From positions 4,864,001 to 4,928,000 of the forward strand of contig JASGJH010000001.1 of the NCBI GenBank assembly GCA_047601445.1: a stretch of DNA of 64,000 bases. Direction: 5' to 3'. Each line of letters opens with the position of its first letter. The first letter of the stretch is position 1. The position numbers and the translations under genes were made by a program. Below are positions 58,201-64,000 of the stretch, piece by piece. Below the pieces are notes generated by a model. That model had not been told where the DNA came from and did no database searches. It saw only the letters and a list, made by a program, of their open reading frames with translations. Source of the DNA: Myxococcales bacterium (lineage in GTDB: Bacteria > Myxococcota_A > Polyangia > Polyangiales > DASUME01).

Positions 58201-59460
58201 AGGACATGCGTGCCTTGCGCTGGTTCGAGGTCGGTGAAGAAGTCGAGGCCGAGGTCAAGTGCAGCTTCGACGGACACGAGCGCGTGCAAGTCCAGGTCGG
58301 CGAGCACGTCACCTGCACCGTGGTGCTCGCGCAGGCCTATCCCGACGCGCCTGCATACGACGCGCGCCCCCCCACGAATCCGCGGCCATCCCCGGTGTCG
58401 GGCGCCGAGGTCTACACGCTCGGGCGGATGTTCCATGGACCAGCCTACCAGGGGATCGAACGCGTCCACGCGCTGGGCGACGACGGCCTCACGGCCTCCA
58501 TCCGGGTCCCTTCGGGGCGCGCTGCTCTGCTGGACAACGCGGGCCAGCTGTTCGGTCTGTGGATCCAGGAGCGCTACGAGTTGAACCGCATGGCGTTCCC
58601 GGTGGGCGCCCGACGCATCCGCTTCTTCGGGCCGGAGCCGGCCTGTGGTGCGCTCGTCGAGTGCAGCGTTCGGGTGCGCTCGGAGAACGACAAGGGCGTG
58701 CTCACCGACATGATGCTCGCCCACGACGGCCAGGTATGGGCCGCCGTGGAGACCTGGGAAGATCGCCGCTTCGAAACCGATGCCCGGCTCTGGAACGCCA
58801 TCTGCAGCCCCGCGCACAACCTGCTCTCCTCCGTACTCGGTGACGGACTCGTGCTCTTCGATGACAGCTATCGGATGGCCACCACGCGCCAGCAGCTCGC
58901 CGCACGCTTTCTCGGTCAGGCCGAGCGCGACGAACTCCGCAGCGTGAAGAACCCGCGCCTGGAGCGTGCCTGGCTCGCCGGACGCATCGCTGCGAAGGAC
59001 GCCGTGCGCGCGCTGATGTGCTCCCTGGGCGAGGCCGAGCTCTACCCCGCGGAGGTGCAGACCCGCGGCGAAGGAGCCACGTTCTCGGTAAGCGTCCCCG
59101 GCGGGCGCGACGTCCGCATCGCGCTGGCACAGTCAGGCGAGCTCAGCGTAGCCGTGGCGTCCGAATCACGGGAACTGGGGCTTGCCTTGCAGAGGGTCGA
59201 GCCGCGATTCTCCAGAATTCGTGCGGGGAGCCTTCCGCGAGGAAGAGCTGCGGCTCGTTCAGGGCGAACCAGAAGAGCAGGCCTGGGCACGCCTGTGGGC
59301 TGCCAAACAGGCGGCTGCGATGGCCGCCGGGGGCGCTGGAGATGCCGCAGCTCTCGGGATGCAAGTGCTCGACCGCGCCGACGCGCGCCTCCTGGTAGGA
59401 GGCACTTGGGTGCAAACCACACGTCACGGCAATTGGGTGATCGCATGGAGTACGAAGTGA
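55218..59460 (+). CDS. Type I PKS: KS, AT, DH and a PPTase-like domain, with a 1-nt frameshift at about 59208
   Basis: ATG overlaps the PKS1 stop; DAACASS, EAHGTAT, KSMIGH, GHSIG, GFHT, LLDHAL...P (DH) and FHGPAYQ; PPTase-like tail (F...F.EEE...LWAAKQA) ends at 59460 in the shifted frame. Confidence 0.87.
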
Positions 59461-59780
59461 AGAACGTGGAAATCGAACCACTGCACGAGCACACCTCGGA
59501 GACGGTGCTCGCGGACATCGCTGGCATGATCCGCCAGGTCATTGGCGAGGAATACGCGGGCGATCTCGAGATCGGCATGGAGACGAGCTTCGCCAACGAG
59601 ATCGAACTGGAGAGCATCGAGCTGGTGGCCCTCACGGAGCTTCTGCGCGAGCGCTACGGGGACACGTTGGACCTCCCGTCGTGGCTCGGAAACATGGAGC
59701 TGAACGAGATCATCGCACTCAAGGTCGGCAACCTGGTGGAACGGATCGTCCTATGCATGTCCGAACCCGCGACGGCGTAA
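59457..59780 (+). CDS. Stand-alone acyl carrier protein
   Basis: GTG overlapping the upstream TGA with RBS GGAG; acidic; TSF.NEIELESIELVAL phosphopantetheine-site motif. Confidence 0.82.
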   Translation: MKNVEIEPLHEHTSETVLADIAGMIRQVIGEEYAGDLEIGMETSFANEIELESIELVALTELLRERYGDTLDLPSWLGNMELNEIIALKVGNLVERIVLCMSEPATA

Positions 59781-60562
59781 CGCTACATACTCAGGAATTC
59801 GGCAAGGGCCCGCCCGTGCTGCTGTTGCACGGCTTGGTCGCCGGAAACCTGGCCACCTGGTACTTCGGTGTGGCGCCTGCCCTCGCGCGCAGCCATCGGG
59901 TGGTGCTGTTCGACTTCCGCGGGCACGGCCGCAGCGACCGCGCCGTCACCGGCTACGGCGTGGAGCCCATGACCCGCGACCTCGAGAGCGTCATCGACCA
60001 GGTCAGCGACGAGCCCGTGTCGTTGGTGGGCCACAGCTTCGGCGGTTGTGTGGCTCTCCAGTTCGCGCTCGAGCACCCCGAGCGGGTGCGCCGACTGGCA
60101 TTGGTGGAAGCCCCTCTGCCACCGTCGCGTTCGGAGGAGATCGAGGAGTTCCTGTCGGGACCACGCGAAAAGCTGGTGAACGACTTGCCCGCACGCTTGC
60201 GCGAGGCCGTGATCGGCGGGGGCCGGCGCGGGCAACGCCTGCTCGAGTCGATCGCCTTCCTGGTGCAGCAGACCACGATGATTGAGGAGCTACGGCGCTC
60301 CGAGGACATCCCCGACGCCCGGCTCGCCACGCTCGCGCCCCCCTTGCTCGCCCTCTACGGCAAGGCCTCGCGCTGCCGCCCCGTGGGCGCGCGTTTGGCG
60401 CGCGTGGTCCCCCATTGCCAGCACGTCGAGCTGGCCGGCGGCCACAACCTGCCCTTCGAGAACGTGGCCAGCGTCGTCGCCGAGCTCGGCGCCTTTCTGG
60501 CGGGTCCCGCGCTGCACCTCGCGAGCGGCAGCCTCAAGGCGCGCGCTGGGGGCCGCCCATGA
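59753..60562 (+). CDS. Alpha/beta-hydrolase (thioesterase or acyltransferase candidate)
   Basis: LLHG, DFRGHGRS, GHSFGG nucleophile elbow and GGH catalytic His. Confidence 0.88.
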   Translation: MHVRTRDGVTLHTQEFGKGPPVLLLHGLVAGNLATWYFGVAPALARSHRVVLFDFRGHGRSDRAVTGYGVEPMTRDLESVIDQVSDEPVSLVGHSFGGCVALQFALEHPERVRRLALVEAPLPPSRSEEIEEFLSGPREKLVNDLPARLREAVIGGGRRGQRLLESIAFLVQQTTMIEELRRSEDIPDARLATLAPPLLALYGKASRCRPVGARLARVVPHCQHVELAGGHNLPFENVASVVAELGAFLAGPALHLASGSLKARAGGRP

Positions 60563-61716
60563 AGCGCTTCCTCTTCGCGGTTCCTCCGTTCGCAGGCCAC
60601 GTCCTGCCCACGGTCTCGGTGGGTCGCGCACTCAAGGCACGCGGCCACCAGGTGCTGTGGGTGGGACTCTCCGAGATCCGGCGCCTGCTGCCGGAGGATG
60701 CGGAGTTGGTGGCGCTCGACGCCGATGCCTCCCCGGAGAGCCGCAGCGTGGAGATCGAGAAGGTGGCGAGCCGAGGCTGGGAGAGTCTGCAAGTGCTCTG
60801 GGAAGGGGCGCTGGTCCCGCTGGCGCGCGGCATGTTCGAAGGAGTCGGCCGCGCCATTGCCCAGTACGAACCCGATGTCGTGATCGCCGACCAACAGGCC
60901 ATCGGTGGAGCGCTGGCGGCGCGCCGCGCCGGGGTACCCTGGGCCACGTTCTGCACCACGTCGGCCTCGGTGATGGATGCTCTGGTGGACCTGCCCAAGG
61001 TGAAGCAATGGGTGGTCAACCAACTCGCGATGCTCGAGCGCGAAGCGGGGCTGCCGCCGGATCCCGCGCCCGACACGTCGCCTTCCTTGGTGGTGGTGTT
61101 CTCGACGAGGGCCCTGGTGGGGGAAGACCGCAGCTGGCCTGAGCACTATCACTTCGTCGGCCCATCCATCCAGGATCGCCCCGATCCCACACCCTTTCCC
61201 TGGGACTGGCTCAACACACGCCCGCGCATCTTCGCCTCGCTCGGCACCATCGGCAGCGACAGCCCAGGCAACGCTCGCTTTCTCTCGGCAGCGATCGCAG
61301 CGCTCCATGATCTGCCTTGCCAACTCGTGATCGCTGCGCCCAAGGGGGTCGAGGGCGAGATTCCCGAGCACGTGCTGGTGCGAGAGCGCGTACCCCAGGT
61401 GGCGCTGCTGCGAGAGATGGACGCCGTGATCACGCACGGCGGGCACAACACGGTGTGCGAGGCGCTGGCCCACGGTCTGCCACTGGTGGTGGCGCCGATT
61501 AGACACGATCAGCCGGCGGTGGCGGCCCAGGTGGTACGAGCCGGGGCTGCGGTTCGAGTGCGCTATGGCCGCGTCACGCCGCAAGCCCTACGCAGTGCGG
61601 TCGAGCAAGTCTTGGGCGAAGCTTCATTCCGCGCGTCCGCACAACGCATCGGTGCCAGCTTCGCGCGGGCAGGCGGCGCTGCGGCAGCCGCGGATGCACT
61701 GGAGAACCTCTCATGA
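60559..61716 (+). CDS. GT1 (MGT-like) glycosyltransferase
   Basis: PPFAGHVLP, ASLGT and VPQVALL...DAVITHGGHNTVCEALAHGLPLVVAP...DQ UDP-sugar signature. Confidence 0.92.
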   Translation: MKRFLFAVPPFAGHVLPTVSVGRALKARGHQVLWVGLSEIRRLLPEDAELVALDADASPESRSVEIEKVASRGWESLQVLWEGALVPLARGMFEGVGRAIAQYEPDVVIADQQAIGGALAARRAGVPWATFCTTSASVMDALVDLPKVKQWVVNQLAMLEREAGLPPDPAPDTSPSLVVVFSTRALVGEDRSWPEHYHFVGPSIQDRPDPTPFPWDWLNTRPRIFASLGTIGSDSPGNARFLSAAIAALHDLPCQLVIAAPKGVEGEIPEHVLVRERVPQVALLREMDAVITHGGHNTVCEALAHGLPLVVAPIRHDQPAVAAQVVRAGAAVRVRYGRVTPQALRSAVEQVLGEASFRASAQRIGASFARAGGAAAAADALENLS

Positions 61717-63590
61717 ATCTGGTTGCTTCGCTCGCGGGCGCGCTACTCACGCTGGGCTGGCTCGCGCAGAGCACGGACCTGCGCAGACGAGCCAGGGCTC
61801 TCCGCGTGCTGCGCGACAGCGACGAAGCGGTCTCGCTCGACCACGTGTTCGTGGTGCGACCAGGCGTGACCCTCGACACCTGGACTCGGCGCGCCGCCAG
61901 CGCCCATGCGCGCAGCGCGCAGCTGCAGGTGCTCGACCTGATCCCGCCGCATTTGTCGGCCGCTCGCGCGGGCCTCTTGCTGGAGAGCGTGGACCCGGCT
62001 CGCTATCGCGCCGACCGCACGGCCCCCGGCTACACGGTGGGCGACGCGCTCTTGGTCCAGCGCGACGTGCTGGCGCGGGCGCGCCTGTCACTGCCCGAGG
62101 CGGGTCCGCACGCCAGCGAGTTCGTCGAGCTCGCCAAGATCCTCAAACGCTACGCCGTGACCGGCTTCGACGTCGCGGTCGCTCCCCATCTGACAGCGAG
62201 CGAACCGAGCCTGCGCGAGCGTCGTGCTGCGCTTCGCGCGCTGCGAGGTGTGAGCCCCAAGATCACCCTCGCCGTGCAGCTCGCGCTGCTCGCCTGGATC
62301 CTCTGGCAAGCCCCGCTCTTCGGTCTGTTGGCACTCGCGGTGTTCCAGCTGCAGGTGCCCGTGGTGACCTGGAGCAGCGCGCTGTCACCCGCAGGCCTCC
62401 TTGCGTACAGCCTGGCGCGCATCCCACTCGACGCGCTCGGCGTGTTCGGACCGACGTCGAGCGATGGCCGCGCGCGTCATCCATCTGACGACGACCTACG
62501 GACAACGTATGACGCCCTGTTGGCCGAGGGCACGGCTCGCTTCTTCGAGCCGAGACGTGATGACTGCCCACTGTGCGGAGCCCACATCCTGATCGAACTG
62601 CTCGCGTCCGACGATCCGCTCCAGCGCAAACCAGGTCGCTTCGTGCTGTCGCGCTGCGCCGCCTGCGACCACATCTTCCAAAATCCGCGGCTCTCCCTGG
62701 CCGGCCTCGATTTCTACTATCGAGACGTTTACGAGGGCCTCGGTGGCAAGATGTTCGACGACCTGTTTCCCACCCAGGCCAAGGACTTCCAGAAGCGCCT
62801 GTCCATGGTGTCCGCCATCTCGAAGCCGTCCCGTTGGCTCGACGTGGGCGGCGGCCACGGGCACTTCTGCTGCTACGCGAGCGGCGAGCTGCCCGAAACC
62901 CATTTCGATGCACTCGATCTGAACGAAGGAATCGAGGAGGCCCAACGCCGAGGTTGGATTCGCCACGGCTTTCGAGGTCTGTTTCCTGACCTGGCTCCCC
63001 AGCTGGCCGCGAACGCTCGCTATGACGTCGTCAGCATGAGCCACTACCTGGAGCATGCACTGGATCCGCGAGCCGAACTGGCCGCGGCGGCCAAGGTTTT
63101 GACCGAGGACGGCCTTTTGATGATCGAGGTCCCTGATCCCGAGTCCCGGATTGGTCGCTTCTTCGGCAGTCTCTGGTTGCCCTGGTTGCAGCCTCAGCAT
63201 TTGCATTTCGTGAGCGCAGCCAATCTGGCAAATCTGCTGCACGAGCATTCGTTCGAGCCGTTGGTCTGGCACCGCGGTGAGGCCCATATGCCCCATGATT
63301 TCCTGTTCGTGACCATCTTCGCCATCGAACGCCTGGCCTTGCCGGGCGACTTTCCATGGCGGCCGCGCAATGGGCGCGCGCGGCGAACCTGGCGCGCCGT
63401 GGTCTGGACGTTGCTCGCACCCGCCGTGTGCTTGGCGTGGCTCCTCGATCGCGTGCTCACGCCGCTCCAACGACGTGCAGGCTGGTCGAACACGTACCGG
63501 GTCCTGGCGCGCAAGCGCCGTGAAAGCGAGTCCGCGCGACAAGAACTGTCATCGAATCGATTGGTCCAACATCGACTCGTCGCGAGTTAA
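61713..63590 (+). CDS. Membrane-anchored protein with a C-terminal zinc-binding class I SAM-dependent methyltransferase
   Basis: N-terminal TM helices, CPLCG...CAACD, WLDVGGGHG, YDVVSMSHYLEH and IEVP. Confidence 0.82.
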   Translation: MNLVASLAGALLTLGWLAQSTDLRRRARALRVLRDSDEAVSLDHVFVVRPGVTLDTWTRRAASAHARSAQLQVLDLIPPHLSAARAGLLLESVDPARYRADRTAPGYTVGDALLVQRDVLARARLSLPEAGPHASEFVELAKILKRYAVTGFDVAVAPHLTASEPSLRERRAALRALRGVSPKITLAVQLALLAWILWQAPLFGLLALAVFQLQVPVVTWSSALSPAGLLAYSLARIPLDALGVFGPTSSDGRARHPSDDDLRTTYDALLAEGTARFFEPRRDDCPLCGAHILIELLASDDPLQRKPGRFVLSRCAACDHIFQNPRLSLAGLDFYYRDVYEGLGGKMFDDLFPTQAKDFQKRLSMVSAISKPSRWLDVGGGHGHFCCYASGELPETHFDALDLNEGIEEAQRRGWIRHGFRGLFPDLAPQLAANARYDVVSMSHYLEHALDPRAELAAAAKVLTEDGLLMIEVPDPESRIGRFFGSLWLPWLQPQHLHFVSAANLANLLHEHSFEPLVWHRGEAHMPHDFLFVTIFAIERLALPGDFPWRPRNGRARRTWRAVVWTLLAPAVCLAWLLDRVLTPLQRRAGWSNTYRVLARKRRESESARQELSSNRLVQHRLVAS

Positions 63591-63680
63591 AGTCCACGCG
63601 ATCCGCTCTTCCATGATTGACCGATCACGTCACGCTTGGTACGCGAAGTTGTCTGCATCTCCCAACGAACGAGGACTCCC

Positions 63681-64000
63681 ATGAGGCTCCGCGCGCTCTT
63701 TCTTTTAAACGTACTGGCACTCGCATGCGTGGCGTGCTCCGAGACAAAATCGTCCGGAACCACCGTCCCGGGCGACGGTGATGGCGGCGGCGACGGCGAT
63801 GGTGACGGCGACGGTGATGGCGACGGCGACGGTGATGGTGACGGTGACGGCGACGGTGATGGAGATGGGGGCGGCGGAATCCCGTCTGCAGAAACGGTAT
63901 GCGACGGCATCGACAACGACGGCGACGGCAACATCGACAACGTGGACGTTGCCGGTGACGGCATCTGCGACTGTCTCTCGATCGCGACCATCGGCGAGCC
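63681..64000 (+). CDS. 3'-truncated lipoprotein with a (GD)n tract and a MopE-like CDGIDND motif
   Basis: RBS GAGGA; MRLRALFLLNVLALACVAC lipobox; GDGDG repeat; ETVCDGIDNDGDGNID. Confidence 0.8.
   Translation, partial: MRLRALFLLNVLALACVACSETKSSGTTVPGDGDGGGDGDGDGDGDGDGDGDGDGDGDGDGDGGGGIPSAETVCDGIDNDGDGNIDNVDVAGDGICDCLSIATIGE

Noticed and set aside
55038..59780. 1580-aa PKS-ACP fusion as listed in the ORF track
   Set aside because: The start overlaps PKS1 by 180 nt, and residues after about 59208 are Arg-rich off-frame sequence. The shifted frame gives a PPTase-like end, and the ACP has its own RBS and start.
63770..63870. GGCGAC/GGTGAT hexamer array as a non-coding repeat, and the antisense (PS)n ORF 63587-63991
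   Set aside because: It encodes the (GD)n linker of a plus-strand lipoprotein with an RBS and lipobox.

Overview
High-GC bacterial DNA with myxobacterial-type gene content: a DUF1588-type CxxCH protein, a membrane Ser/Thr kinase, a HEAT-repeat protein, and GD-repeat, Cys-rich lipoproteins. The taxon is an inference. Main blocks: (1) 3.1-8.1 kb, a small double-glycine-leader peptide gene followed by two HlyD-type adaptors and a C39-peptidase ABC exporter, with no tailoring enzyme nearby. Its 43-aa core looks like a two-fold beta-hairpin repeat (possible amyloid or pore former) and is the most novel-looking system here. (2) 12-24 kb, lipid/redox catabolism, including a TetR-controlled BVMO-esterase-SDR-acyl-CoA ligase operon with three identifiable operator palindromes. 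(3) 31.6-34.1 kb, carboxy(nor)spermidine dehydrogenase and decarboxylase, then a Tat-exported phospholipase C. (4) 36.8-44.7 kb, three ferritin-like diiron proteins. One is coupled to an FNR-[2Fe-2S] reductase, and two share a conserved upstream AraC-type motif. (5) 44.8-63.6 kb, a Com-like zinc finger behind a Fur-like box, an exporter lacking its ATPase, and a PUFA-synthase-like two-gene type I PKS cluster with ACP, hydrolase, glycosyltransferase and methyltransferase. Three genes carry an apparent single-T insertion at CGATC, suggesting a systematic sequencing error. No rRNA, tRNA, CRISPR array or transposase was recognised. All calls come from reading motifs by eye; no database search was run.
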